Shown: positions 42,400-55,850, numbered from the whole stretch's first letter. The stretch: 63,873 bases of DNA, filler included, from Octopus bimaculoides (GCF_001194135.2; 5 parts of 5 records of this genome joined end to end with filler, not necessarily neighbours in it), one strand, 5' to 3'. The notes: a model not told the origin generated them from the sequence alone. Numbers and translations are program-made.

Positions 42400-44100
42400 C
42401 TTATGGTTCATTATCAAAAATATCAGCCTGAGGAGTGAAGAACTCACCCAGAGTTCTTTGTTGTTTATGACACATCATCTCTTTGTACAGCTTAGCATAG
42501 GATCTGAGTCCATTGTAAACACTTCAGGTAATTTTTATGTTATGTTCATGATTACGATCATTATCTGCAAAAACCTGCAGACCTTCCTCGATAAGTGCCA
42601 ACACTTTAATAATAATTTTTGGAGTCAACTTCAGTAGTACAGTTGGAACTTCCATTGTCTCATCTGTATTCTCAGCTTGTTCCTTTTCTAACAGCATCAG
42701 CTCCTCATTAGATAAATTTTCTCTCTGGGACACCAGCAAATCAATCGTGTCATCCTCTATGACTTCTTCAAATCCTACATATTTTTCAAGTATCACAGTA
42801 TTTTTCTGAATTTGTTGTAGGCTTTCTCCTTCAGGAAAACTTCTAATCTCACAGATACAGTCTGGACATATATTTTTCAAAGCACTATTCAAAGCTGAAG
42901 GTTTCACGTCATGTCATGATTCAGCTATATTGTCTACAGCATCCATTATGTTGAATTTCTTCCTGAAATCTCTAACTCTAGGTTTATCCTCCCTGTCAAT
43001 TACTTACATGAGTTGTTTGAAAGTTCTCGTATAATATGCCTTGAAGTTAGCTATTGCGTCCTGATCCATTGGAAGGAGCAAAGAAGTTGTATTCTTGAGG
43101 ATATATTTTACTCACATTTTGTCAGAAAAGTCATCTAAGTTTGCTGAATGGCTCTGTGCCATATCTGAAAGAAGCAATGCTTTATTGGGGATATGTCTGG
43201 CACTCTACCGTTCTTCTGCAGGACAAAAAGTGTTTGTAAACTACTTTTTGAAAAGGCTTTTAGTCATCCATACCTTCTTAGTTCAATGCCAAATCAGAGG
43301 TCAATTAAACTTTGTGAAAGCTCTTAGATTTTTGGAGTGATACACATGTAGGGGTTTTAATTTCATATCAGCAGGGGCATTTCCTCCTAAAAGAAGTGTC
43401 ATAAAACTTTTGGATGCTTCAAGTCCTGGTATTGACTTTTCTTCTTGATATATAAACTTCTAGCAGGCATGTGCTTCCAGAAAAGTACTGTTTCATCAAC
43501 AGTGTATACTTGCTCAGGAGTGTAGCTCCCTTTAGCAATCATTTTCATCAAATACTCAGGATAATTAGTAGCAGCCTCAGTACCAGCACTCACAGTTTCA
43601 CCAATCATTTTTATGCTGTGTAAAGTCATGTACTTTATAGACCTTTCAAACCAACCTTTACTCACCAAAAATAGTTTTTTATTAGAAGTTTCACCTCCCA
43701 TTTTCAGCAAAAATTCCATATAAACTTTTGGCTCTTTTTTAAATTATCATCATGTTTATCTGTACATTATCTCATAATTCTGATCTTTGATCTGTATACA
43801 CAAGTATTGTTCCATTTTAAGCATTACATTAGATCTATGGGAAGATATGGTCTGGACAGTTTATGGAGTAGCTTCTTGAGCAATTGATATAATTTTCTCT
43901 CTGTTATTAGACATTTTGTTCCTCCTGTAGATGCTGGAAGATTTAGTGTTTTAGCAATATAACCTGATTTTACTTCCGCATCAAGTCTCTTCAAAATATC
44001 ATGCTTAATATCCATTGTAATCTCTTTGCGGTTCCTTTTCACACTACTGCCTTCAGGTTTACTTGATAGCTTCTTTCCAGTTATCTTGAACTGAAGGCAA
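42400..44100 (-). mobile_element. Tigger/pogo-family transposase pseudogene
   Basis: MKRNRKEITMDIK N-terminal HTH, SKGWFER CENP-B-like HTH, VYTVDETVLFWKHMP DDE start, PMDQDAIANFKAYY; fragmented by stops and frameshifts. Confidence 0.9.
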
Positions 44101-44329
44101 ATCCCAATGGCAGCAGTGATTTACTATAAATATGTAGTAAAAAGATTCGCTCAAGAAAGATCTGATTTGTGAGAATGAAAGATTGTGTTATTCCTATCGA
44201 TGCAGAAATGAAAATGAGATGAAAAGGTGAAGAACTGAGGAACAGCAAGTACTATATGGTTACAGTTAGCTGAAGGGTCACCAGATCTTATAGGTAATTT
44301 GTCACTTGCAATTCTGATTTAAGTCATAA

Positions 44330-44364
<35 letters not shown>

Positions 44365-45141
44365 TACATAGGGACACACGCTCATACACATTCACACACT
44401 CATACACTCTTACACACTCACGCACACTTGCGTTGAGCTGCTGATTCAAAAAAGTTGATCTGATAGTGTTGATGATGTGGGTTGCATTGGTTTAGAATGT
44501 TGGTGGTTATTGTTGGCATGGTGGTGGTGGTCATATTGTTTTTGATAATTGCATTGTGGCTGTTTTGTCTCAAGTCAGTCCTCGTAGACCTAAGATGAAA
44601 CACATTTCGTTCAACTTTTAAAATACTTGAGGATACCGCATTCTATGTTTTATTTAAGATGGATTTGCTTATCTTCTTCATACAACATCTTGTTGTCGGT
44701 GGTTGCGTTCGTGTTGATGAAAGAAACACATACACACACTTACATTCATTTATACATACATATGTTCACATATTCACATACATGTATATATGTTATATGT
44801 GTGTGTATGTATGTATATGTATGTTATTTCCTTACTACCCACAAGGGGCTACACACAGAGGGGACAAACAAGGACAGACAAACGGATTAAGTCGATTATA
44901 TCGACCCCAGTGCATAACTGGTACTTATTTACTTGACCCCGAAAGGGTGAAAGGCAAAGTCGACCTCAGCAGAATTTGAACTCAGAATGTAGCGCCAGAC
45001 GAAATACCGCTAAGCATTTTGCCTGGCGTGTTACGTTTCTGCCAGCTCGCCGCCTTATGTAGATATGTATGTGTGTATGTATGTATATATATATGTGTGT
45101 ATGTATATATGTGTGTGTGTATGTATGTATGTATATATGTA

Positions 45142-45185
<44 letters not shown>

Positions 45186-45325
45186 TATATATGTTTTAAT
45201 TGTTTCAGTCATTTGACTGCAGCCATTCTGGAGCTCCACCTTTAGTTGAACAAACTGACCGTAGGACTTAGTCTTTGTAAGCCTAGTACTTATTCTATAT
45301 GTATGTAGGTATATATGTATGTATG

Positions 45326-45377
<52 letters not shown>

Positions 45378-45454
45378 CGTGTCTGTGTGTGCGTGTGTGT
45401 GTGGTTGTGTTATTTTGTTGTTTTTTTCATCGTAGTAACATCCAGTCAAGCTGA

Positions 45455-45630
45455 TTGCAAGGGCCTGCCTGACTTCCTCTCTCCATCCCTCCCGATCTCC
45501 ATTAGTGCTTTTAGGTCATCAACTTAACATCCAACATCTTCTGCAAGCTTTTGTATATGCGTCTTCCTTGGTCTTCCAGCTGCTGTGGTACCATGATTTG
45601 GTGTCCACAGCAACACTTTACTCACAAGTT
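45455..45630 (-). mobile_element. Short decayed RTE-like 3' fragment
   Basis: Minus strand ends ...GDREGWREEVRQA, resembling the RTE terminal DRxxWRxxV motif. Confidence 0.4.
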
Positions 45631-45652
45631 CTGTATGTACATACACCCACAC

Positions 45653-45703
<51 letters not shown>

Positions 45704-46626
45704 NNNNNNNNNNNNNNNNNNNNNNNNNNNNNNNNNNNNNNNNNNNNNNNNNNNNNNNNNNNNNNNNNNNNNNNNNNNNNNNNNNNNNNNNNNNNNNNNN
45801 NNNNNNNNNNNNNNNNNNNNNNNNNNNNNNNNNNNNNNNNNNNNNNNNNNNNNNNNNNNNNNNNNNNNNNNNNNNNNNNNNNNNNNNNNNNNNNNNNNNN
45901 NNNNNNNNNNNNNNNNNNNNNNNNNNNNNNNNNNNNNNNNNNNNNNNNNNNNNNNNNNNNNNNNNNNNNNNNNNNNNNNNNNNNNNNNNNNNNNNNNNNN
46001 NNNNNNNNNNNNNNNNNNNNNNNNNNNNNNNNNNNNNNNNNNNNNNNNNNNNNNNNNNNNNNNNNNNNNNNNNNNNNNNNNNNNNNNNNNNNNNNNNNNN
46101 NNNNNNNNNNNNNNNNNNNNNNNNNNNNNNNNNNNNNNNNNNNNNNNNNNNNNNNNNNNNNNNNNNNNNNNNNNNNNNNNNNNNNNNNNNNNNNNNNNNN
46201 NNNNNNNNNNNNNNNNNNNNNNNNNNNNNNNNNNNNNNNNNNNNNNNNNNNNNNNNNNNNNNNNNNNNNNNNNNNNNNNNNNNNNNNNNNNNNNNNNNNN
46301 NNNNNNNNNNNNNNNNNNNNNNNNNNNNNNNNNNNNNNNNNNNNNNNNNNNNNNNNNNNNNNNNNNNNNNNNNNNNNNNNNNNNNNNNNNNNNNNNNNNN
46401 NNNNNNNNNNNNNNNNNNNNNNNNNNNNNNNNNNNNNNNNNNNNNNNNNNNNNNNNNNNNNNNNNNNNNNNNNNNNNNNNNNNNNNNNNNNNNNNNNNNN
46501 NNNNNNNNNNNNNNNNNNNNNNNNNNNNNNNNNNNNNNNNNNNNNNNNNNNNNNNNNNNNNNNNNNNNNNNNNNNNNNNNNNNNNNNNTATTTATGATTA
46601 TATATATATGTATGTATGTATGTAAG

Positions 46627-46657
<31 letters not shown>

Positions 46658-46670
46658 GTATATATATATG

Positions 46671-46706
<36 letters not shown>

Positions 46707-46774
46707 CATATGTATATATATATGTATACATATATATGTAAATATATATATATGTGTGTATATATATATGTATG

Positions 46775-46817
<43 letters not shown>

Positions 46818-46841
46818 GATATGTGTGTATATGTATATATA

Positions 46842-46892
<51 letters not shown>

Positions 46893-46959
46893 CATTTTTG
46901 GATTTGGTTTGCAAGATTCTTTACATAAGTTTGTGTTGAAGCATATTCAGTTGTGTCTG

Positions 46960-47190
46960 GGGAGGGTCATTCTCTTTTAGTGCCTTATAATTTAACACAC
47001 TCACTGATCAAATTTCCATTCATTTACTTATTTATTTTTCTAAAATTTTCGTTGCGTCTTGCAACCTTTTCAGAAGTTAACTATTGACAAAGTTGCAAAA
47101 CAGAAGGAAAATTTTAGAAAAATAGACAAGTAAATGAGTGAAAATTTTACCAGTGAGTGTAAGGCACTAAAAGAGAATGACTTTCCCCAG
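46960..47190. repeat. Imperfect palindrome (MITE-like)
   Basis: GGGGAGGGTCATTCTCTTTTAGTGCCTTA...ACACTCACTG versus CAGTGAGTGT-AAGGCACTAAAAGAGAATGACTTTCCCC, pairing continues inward to a loop near 47074-47085. Confidence 0.8.
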
Positions 47191-47591
47191 ACNNNNNNNN
47201 NNNNNNNNNNNNNNNNNNNNNNNNNNNNNNNNNNNNNNNNNNNNNNNNNNNNNNNNNNNNNNNNNNNNNNNNNNNNNNNNNNNNNNNNNNNNNNNNNNNN
47301 NNNNNNNNNNNNNNNNNNNNNNNNNNNNNNNNNNNNNNNNNNNNNNNNNNNNNNNNNNNNNNNNNNNNNNNNNNNNNNNNNNNNNNNNNNNNNNNNNNNN
47401 NNNNNNNNNNNNNNNNNNNNNNNNNNNNNNNNNNNNNNNNNNNNNNNNNNNNNNNNNNNNNNNNNNNNNNNNNNNNNNNNNNNNNNNNNNNNNNNNNNNN
47501 NNNNNNNNNNNNNNNNNNNNNNNNNNNNNNNNNNNNNNNNNNNNNNNNNNNNNNNNNNNNNNNNNNNNNNNNNNNNNNNNNNNNNNNNNNN

Positions 47592-47784
47592 GCGCTAGAA
47601 ATAGATCACATCTTGTGTCTATTAAAACCTAAATTGTTCTCAACATGAAATATAGCAGCATACCAAAATGTGAGCGGGCGTGATTTTAAAGGTCTTGCCC
47701 ACTCACGTTTTGGTATGCTGCTATATTTCATGTTGAGAAAAATTTAGGTCTTAATAGACACAAGATGTGATCTATTTCTAGCGC
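47592..47784. repeat. 88-bp inverted repeat, 17-nt spacer (MITE/foldback)
   Basis: Arms 47592-47679 and 47697-47784, 4 mismatches; left edge abuts an N gap. Confidence 0.93.
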
Positions 47785-48116
47785 ATTAATTGTCCACGTT
47801 AGTGGTCGACGTTATTTTTTAAAATATATATATATATATGTAGTCCGGTTTAATAGAAGAAATATAAAATTAGCCAGTGGCATTAGTAATAATAATGTCA
47901 ATAGTGTTTTAAACCCCTGTAATGATGATAATAATAGTGGACATGTAGGAATCCAGAACCCCCCCCCCCAGTAATACTGCTAGNNNNNNNNNNAGAACCC
48001 CCCCCCCCAGTAATACTGCTAGATATAATAACTCAGGCATTACTGCACAACACCTGATAATGAATTTGAATGATACTACAAATGATAGAAGTAATATTAC
48101 TATTAACAACAATAAC

Positions 48117-48153
<37 letters not shown>

Positions 48154-48644
48154 GTAGCAATAATATCCCCAGCTGTAATTGTAGAGTAAGATCTCAATGC
48201 CTGTTATTAGGTCATTGTTTAGCCCAAAATGTTGTTTAGAAATGTACAGTAATGACTGAAACTAGTAACTTTGTTTACATCTGGTGCTCAAAAAACATGA
48301 AGACACATGTTAATAACCATATTTCATCTTTCAAACTTAAACATAATGCTAACAGTACATCATTATCTAGTAAAATCTGGGAATTTAAGTATAGCGATAG
48401 TAAATTTAGCTTTAAATGGGATATAGCATAGGGAGCTCAGCCATAACGATAGTCGATATGGATGCGAACTATGTTTTATGGAAATTTACGAAATTTTTAA
48501 GTATATAGATAAGAATAACCTAATTAGTAATAGATTAGACTTTAGAGTATCCTGTGTGCATAGGATCACCCATACCTTCAAATATTTTAGAAACAAATAA
48601 TGTTATACATATCATACTATGATTTAGTGGCAGAAATTATCTGG

Positions 48645-48872
48645 GGCGAACTGGCAGAAATGTTAGCATGTCGGGTGAAATGCTTAGCGGTATTTCGTCT
48701 GCTGTTACGTTCCGAGTTCAAATTCCGCCAAGGCCCACTTTGCCTTTCATCCTTTTGGGGTCGATAAATTAAGTACCAGTTATGCACTGGGGTCGATGTA
48801 ATTGACTTAATTCCATTCTCTGTCCTTGTTTGTCCCCTCTATGTTTAGCCCCTGGTGGGCAATAAAGAAATA
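48645..48872 (+). mobile_element. tRNA-derived SINE family 2 (GGCGAGCTGGCAGAA...GTCGACTTTGCCTTTCATCC...AAGTACCAG)
   Basis: Most abundant repeat. Copies at about 990-1155(-), 11380-11560, 11685-11880, 21990-22130, 23645-23830, 24740-24955, 29480-29580, 33660-33785(-), 35395-35545, 44828-45056(-), 58545-58640, 59505-59720, 60805-60980. Confidence 0.88.
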
Positions 48873-49999
48873 AGAAATTATCTGGGGTGTCATATCTTTC
48901 ATAACATAACCTCTATTGTATGGAATTATACATAATATTGCCCTCGTATAACCCCTACCTGTTTAATCTGCATTTGTACTTTACTTAAATTACACTATTT
49001 CCCCTTTGCTTCAAGACTTTCTTCCCTAAGAGTCATAATAAGTATATTTACAATGGATTCCCAGATCTTATGCCTCCCTTAAGGATATTATAAACCCCCT
49101 AAGAACTATTATGATTCTACACACATCTGTGCCTATAATAATATATCTTACAAATGTTTTATAAAACCATTTCCAGTGGTATCTTTATCTTATTTTATTT
49201 ATTTCTTAATTAGCTTTTGTTATGAATACCTTGACTTATCCATATTTTTTATCGTTTATCTCTTTTTATATCCAGTATATATTCAATGGCATTCAATATA
49301 TAAAATTTTTATCTTTATTTCTATTTTTTCATTTTATAAATCCTTTATTGAAATTTTATACAAATATTTTTCCTTTTATTCGTTTTTATTTCATTTCATT
49401 AATTCTTTTATCTTATATTATATTATTGTATTTAGTATATCTATATACCCTCATATATACTGGTGTAATTTCTATAGATTGTGAAGGAGTTTGTAACTTT
49501 TCTCAATAGTAATCATGATATAATATAATATATTTATTTATATTTTATAAGTGCACTATATATTTCATTTTATATATAGATATATATGATATTTTCATGT
49601 ATATATATGTGGTATTTTTATACCTTCATATATCCTTTCAGATTTTTCATAAGGTTGGTAATTTTTATACAAATATATTTTTCCAAGGTTTTTTAAATAA
49701 GTTTACCTGTTATAGAAATATTTATCTTATTGTTTTTCTTCAGCCCTTAATCTTTGGTTTTGATTCAATAGGAAATGTGTACCCCTACTCGGATATCTGA
49801 ATTTAATCAGAGGTTCATTGTTGAATAGTTTTATCATGACCACCTTAACATTATGCTAGGAAGAAGCATTATGAGGTTTCTATTCTATATAAAAGTACCC
49901 CACTTTTATGGCTTAAATTGTTTTATCTATCTTTCTCTTGTTTGGTCCTAAAATCCTTTTCTAGATTTTGATTTTTCAATATATATAAATTTTGCTAAG

Positions 50000-50235
50000 T
50001 TTGGATGCACATTTTTACGTACCTCAACTTCTCCTCCTCCTACCCTAAACACACCAAGCTCTCCATCCCCTATTCCCAATTACTCCATCTATGCAGGCTC
50101 TGCAGTGACAACCATGACTTTGAGACTCAGTCTCAACTCATGGCTCACCACTATCTACATCGCCCTTGCCAGAGCATGTTCCATGGACCGTGCATCTGCT
50201 CTCTTTGCCCCCTCACCCGCCCACCGTCACCATCC
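50000..50235 (+). mobile_element. PLE reverse-transcriptase C-terminal fragment
   Basis: YLNFSSSYPKHTKLSIPYSQLLHLCRLCSDNHDFETQ matches the PLE S.HP.H.K.SIPYSQ.LR.RR.CS motif. Confidence 0.75.
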
Positions 50236-50370
50236 GAGATCATTGAAAATTTTTTTTCATTGAATGAATTAAGGTAACTTCCTAATATGCCACAAAACAC
50301 TTTTTGTCCAGAAAACAGGGGTTGGGGGCAGGGTGGAACCCTCGTAAATTCCACCTCCATCATTTAACAG

Positions 50371-50461
50371 AAATACGTTTTCAAGAGTGCTGATTACCTA
50401 AGATTGAAAATTCAAGTAACTTTGAAAAGAAGTGAAAATGCTGAAGTCATAGAAATTAGTG
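50371..50461 (+). CDS. Candidate upstream exon of the unrecognised gene (KYVFKSADYLRLKIQVTLKRSENAEVIEIS)
   Basis: Acceptor CATTTAACAG, weak donor G|GTAACG, phase 0-1 compatible with 56674 exon. Confidence 0.3.
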
Positions 50462-50873
50462 GTAACGACAAGAATATATCCCTTGGAGAATTTTTGTGTT
50501 TGTGTAAAACAAGTAAAAGTATATTAAAACAAAATATCTTTTTCATACTTATTAAAATCACTGGAATATGTTAATCCCAGATTGCAGAATAGATTCAAAT
50601 GGTATCGAGTATTTTAAATTAAAAAAATAGAAAAAGTTCACTTTCCCTTTGCAAGTTTTCCTGCCTGAAACTAATCAAGATTGAGAGAATCAGTTTTCTC
50701 TGTGTTCAAAGAATCGATTTAAAATAACTGTAGCTTAAATGTTGCGTGAGAAAAGAAATATATTCTAATGGGAAAATATTGTATCTTTTAAAAACAACCT
50801 TAATTTACATATTATATCTTGTGTGTTTAAGAAAAAAAAACAACATTTTTCTCTTCCACAGTTTGCATTTGTT

Positions 50874-50913
<40 letters not shown>

Positions 50914-52177
50914 NNNNNNNNNNNNNNNNNNNNNNNNNNNNNNNNNNNNNNNNNNNNNNNNNNNNNNNNNNNNNNNNNNNNNNNNNNNNNNNNNNNNNNN
51001 NNNNNNNNNNNNNNNNNNNNNNNNNNNNNNNNNNNNNNNNNNNNNNNNNNNNNNNNNNNNNNNNNNNNNNNNNNNNNNNNNNNNNNNNNNNNNNNNNNNN
51101 NNNNNNNNNNNNNNNNNNNNNNNNNNNNNNNNNNNNNNNNNNNNNNNNNNNNNNNNNNNNNNNNNNNNNNNNNNNNNNNNNNNNNNNNNNGATGAAATAC
51201 ATCTCATTAGTATCATTTAAGATATTTTTAATTTCATTTATGTCTCCCTTCTCTTTCATAGAAGGTCCTTTCTTTCTTACTATATCCATAGTCTCTCATC
51301 TCTCTTTCTCTCTCTCTCTCTCTCTCTCCTCACACAAAAATGAAATGCATTACCTGATAAGTGTGGGTGCACTTATCAAAATTTACCTAATCCCTTACAA
51401 AACCTTTTTTTCCAAATTTTAAGCCCCAAAAATTAGGGGGTTCTTTATGCACATTAAAATATGGCATCGTTGTCGGGGCTACTGAGTGCCCCCTATGCCA
51501 GTAGCACGTAAAAAGCACCATTCGAGAGTGATTGTTGCCAACGTCAACTTACCAGCACATGCGCCGGTGGCATGTGAAAAAACAACATTTTAGTGGGGGT
51601 CGTTGCCAGTGCCGCCGGACTGGCTCCTGTGCAGGTGGCATGTAAAAACACCTTTGAGCATGGTCGTTGCTAGTATCGACTGACTGGCCTTCATGCTGCT
51701 GGCACGTATAAGCTCCCAATACACTCTCAAGTGGTTGGCATGAGGAAGGGCATCAAGCTGTAGAAACTTTGCCAGATCAGATTGAGCCTGGTGCAGCCTT
51801 CTGGCTCACCAGTCCTCAGTCAAACCATCCAACCCACACCAGCATGACGACGATGACAACGACGTATGTATGTATTTTTGACTTATTTAGTCCCTCGAAG
51901 CGTGAGGCATTACTACACAGTTAATGCCCTTTATATAAATGATTTATATATATTTATGAAAAAATGATGAATTTCTTTCATTATGAAATTTTTTTCATTA
52001 TTTTTTTCATTTGAGGTTTTTTTCACGCTGACTACTTGATAAATTCTTATAAAGAATTTATCCTATATTATATTATATATATATATATATAGTTAATTAA
52101 TGAAACATATATCAGAAAAGAGGCACACTCTAAAGAATAGCGCAGTAGTTGTTACAACGAAAAGTTTTACATCTTGG

Positions 52178-52246
52178 ACATAGAGTTACCCAAGGTTTTG
52201 TATCCACAAAGCCAAAGCTTTGTGGACAGCTTGTCAGACTCTATAT
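52178..52246 (-). ncRNA. Decayed type-I hammerhead ribozyme (pseudo-ribozyme) at a PLE 3' end
   Basis: UAGAGU-CUGACAA-(12-bp stem II, one bulge)-AAAA-CC-uug-GGU-A-ACUCUA; only G8 and G12 deviate, both as CpG-type transitions. Confidence 0.75.
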
Positions 52247-52940
52247 AAAGACGAACATTCAAAATTTCTACATCATGGATGTGAGGAAACGCTCAGAAAT
52301 CAAAAAAATACATCTTAACAAATAAACGTTAATGAGGATGACTCCCCTGAACCAGAGGATAAAGCAACACTTATAGACCTGAAAAGGTCTAACCAGCAAA
52401 CGGGGAGATCTAATTTTCTAGTAGGTAGCACATGAAGTGGACACATTTAGAAAACACTTCTTTACGACTATTCAATGCACCAGGTTTCACATAGTCCTCA
52501 AGAATTCTGGCTATCTCCATGTTGCCGATCTTGCAACAGCCACTTCCATTAATATATGAGCTTGGATGATCAGTTATTTTCCACTTGTTATCACATGGAG
52601 TCACTTGATCTTTGAGATACCACACATAGCAGGCCAGAGACGTGACAAACCATCTTTCTGGAACTCAAAAGAATGACTGGTGGTTAAAAAAACAACATCA
52701 TTTGAAAGAAGTACTGGCAGTTCCAATATATTTACAAACATGGGATGTGGGCATATTTGCACCCCTGGTAACATATGGTGTTGGGGCCGGTCATCCCATC
52801 AGCATTGAAAATAATTATTTGGTCATCATCTGTGGTGGTGGTCCTGGGAACGCCAGATAGCTCTTTCATGCTGCTGGTCCTGGATTGGTCATCATTTCTA
52901 GGTGTAGCGTTGTAGGCTTAGTCACTCTATTTGTGTCTAT
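52178..52940 (-). mobile_element. PLE 3' end: GIY-YIG C-terminus plus terminal region with a hammerhead motif
   Basis: KYIGTASTSFK..NHQSF..TSLACYVWYLKD..KWKI..LNSRKEVFSKCVH..LLEN* (stop at 52410), with internal stops; hammerhead-like fold at 52178-52246. Confidence 0.75.
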
Positions 52941-52968
52941 GGTTTGTTCATAATCTTTGACAGTAGTT

Positions 52969-53004
<36 letters not shown>

Positions 53005-53726
53005 CATATATATGTATATATACATATATATGTATATATACATACATATATATGTATATATACATATATATGTATATATACATACATATGTATATATACA
53101 TATATGTATATATACATATATATGTATATATACATATATATGTATATATACATATATATGTATATATACATATATATGNNNNNNNNNNNNNNNNNNNNNN
53201 NNNNNNNNNNNNNNNNNNNNNNNNNNNNNNNNNNNNNNNNNNNNNNNNNNNNNNNNNNNNNNNNNNNNNNNNNNNNNNNNNNNNNNNNNNNNNNNNNNNN
53301 NNNNNNNNNNNNNNNNNNNNNNNNNNNNNNNNNNNNNNNNNNNNNNNNNNNNNNNNNNNNNNNNNNNNNNNNNNNNNNNNNNNNNNNNNNNNNNNNNNNN
53401 NNNNNNNNNNNNNNNNNNNNNNNNNNNNNNNNNNNNNNNNNNNNNNNNNNNNNNNNNNNNNNNNNNNNNNNNNNNNNNNNNNNNNNNNNNNNNNNNNNNN
53501 NNNNNNNNNNNNNNNNNNNNNNNNNNNNNNNNNNNNNNNNNNNNNNNNNNNNNNNNNNNNNNNNNNNNNNNNNNNNNNNNNNNNNNNNNNNNNNNNNNNN
53601 NNNNNNNNNNNNNNNNNNNNNNNNNNNNNNNNNNNNNNNNNNNNNNNNNNNNNNNNNNNNNNNNNNNNNNNNNNNNNNNNNNNNNNNNNNNNNNNNNNNN
53701 NNNNNNNNNNNNNNNNNNNNNNNNNN

Positions 53727-53766
<40 letters not shown>

Positions 53767-54308
53767 CATATGTTTGTGTGTGTGTGTATGTTTATATATG
53801 TATATATATTTATATATGTGCATACACATGTACATACACACACACACACACAGACACACACGCAAACACAGATCTCTCTAACCATTTATCTGTCTATCTA
53901 TATTAAGAAACACAGAATCGTACAGAGAAAAGCACATACCATATACATACTAACATGTTTTTAGATGTGAAATCTCTCCTATCAAGTATTATTATCTCTT
54001 CGAATCCAGTGAGACTCATATCACTGGCTTGAAAAATTCTCAATTCCATTCAGCTAGAATTATTACCATGAATAAAACATATTTCAACTATACTTATGTT
54101 TTAGAGATAATATTTGCATTTCTACAATGGAAGCAGTAATGGTGAAATCATACCTCACTCAGCAACCTCTTTTCAAAACCATCATCTTTATTATTATTCA
54201 CCCAACCATCAGAAATTCTTTATATGAAATACACACTTGCAAAGAAGTATGTAGAACTTCAAATATATGTAATAGGGAAGTTGTAGTTCAGTATGTGTGT
54301 TTGTGTAT

Positions 54309-54354
<46 letters not shown>

Positions 54355-55199
54355 NNNNNNNNNNNNNNNNNNNNNNNNNNNNNNNNNNNNNNNNNNNNNN
54401 NNNNNNNNNNNNNNNNNNNNNNNNNNNNNNNNNNNNNNNNNNNNNNNNNNNNNNNNNNNNNNNNNNNNNNNNNNNNNNNNNNNNNNNNNNNNNNNNNNNN
54501 NNNNNNNNNNNNNNNNNNNNNNNNNNNNNNNNNNNNNNNNNNNNNNNNNNNNNNNNNNNNNNNNNNNNNNNNNNNNNNNNNNNNNNNNNNNNNNNNNNNN
54601 NNNNNNNNNNNNNNNNNNNNNNNNNNNNNNNNNNNNNNNNNNNNNNNNNNNNNNNNNNNNNNNNNNNNNNNNNNNNNNNNNNNNNNNNNNNNNNNNNNNN
54701 NNNNNNNNNNNNNNNNNNNNNNNNNNNNNNNNNNNNNNNNNNNNNNNNNNNNNNNNNNNNNNNNNNNNNNNNNNNNTATAGACATACACAAAGGAGGGCT
54801 GCAATATCAAACTCCACCCTTCACCAAAAGCCAATCACATAAGAATGGGCATTGAAAAGGTGATTTCACTGATGGTGCTCCAGCAAGGCCACAGCCTTTG
54901 GGCTGAAACACATAAACAAATAAGAGTATATATATATATGTCTGTGTTTATTATATATATATATATGTATATGATATATGTGTTTTTTATATGCTACATC
55001 AGATAGTCTATTTTGTGGATTTACATCAAGGTGGATGTTTATCTGGGTACGTCAGGGATACACAACAGACAAAAGTACAGACGTAAATGAAGCAAAATGT
55101 TTTTATGTATTTTATTGATTCTGAGAGATTTTCTTGTTGATATTTTTGATGGTTTTGATGCTGTTTGTTGATTGTAATATTACTGGCTGTATAATGTTT

Positions 55200-55850
55200 G
55201 ATATTACATTATCAAACATATAAATATTACACTGTTATTCTCACTCTACTATTCTCACTATATTGTTCCCACTCTGCTATATCCACTCTGTTGTTCCCAC
55301 CATTATACCCACGCCATTATACCCACTCTGTTATTCCCACTCTGTTATGCACTCTCTGTTTTATCCACCCTGTCATACCTACCCTGTTGTACTCATCCTG
55401 TTTTACCCACCTTGTTATATCCATCGTGTTGTTTCCACCTTGTTATATCTACCTTGTCATATCCACCTTGTTATATCCACCTTGTTATATCAACCTTATT
55501 ATACCCACCTTGTTATACCCACTCTGTTATACCCACCCTGTTTTACACACCCTGTTATACCCACTCCGTTATTCCCACTCTGTTATGCACTTTCTATTTT
55601 ATCCACCCTGTCATACCCACCCTATTGTACTCATCCTGTTTTACCCACCTTGTTATATCCATCCTATTATACACAACCTGTTATACCCACCCAGTTATAT
55701 CCACCTTGTTATACCTACTCTTTTATACCTACTCTTTTATACCTGCTCTGTCATTCCCACTTTGTTATTCTCACTGTTATTCCTGCATTATTATTCCTAT
55801 TCTGTTATTCCTACTCTGTTATACCCACTATGTTATACCCACTGTTATAC
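55200..55850. repeat. Degenerate 14-bp minisatellite (TTATACCCACTCTG / TTATATCCACCTTG)
   Basis: Tens of degenerate units; higher-order duplication about 55316-55430 versus 55553-55665. Confidence 0.9.

Noticed and set aside
47955-48022. 29-bp direct duplication with a poly-C run around a 10-N gap
   Set aside because: Typical unmerged contig overlap at a homopolymer.
54105-54246. Open exon candidate (AG...GAA|GTATGT) inside the unknown gene span
   Set aside because: Phase 2-0 is incompatible with both neighbouring candidate exons.
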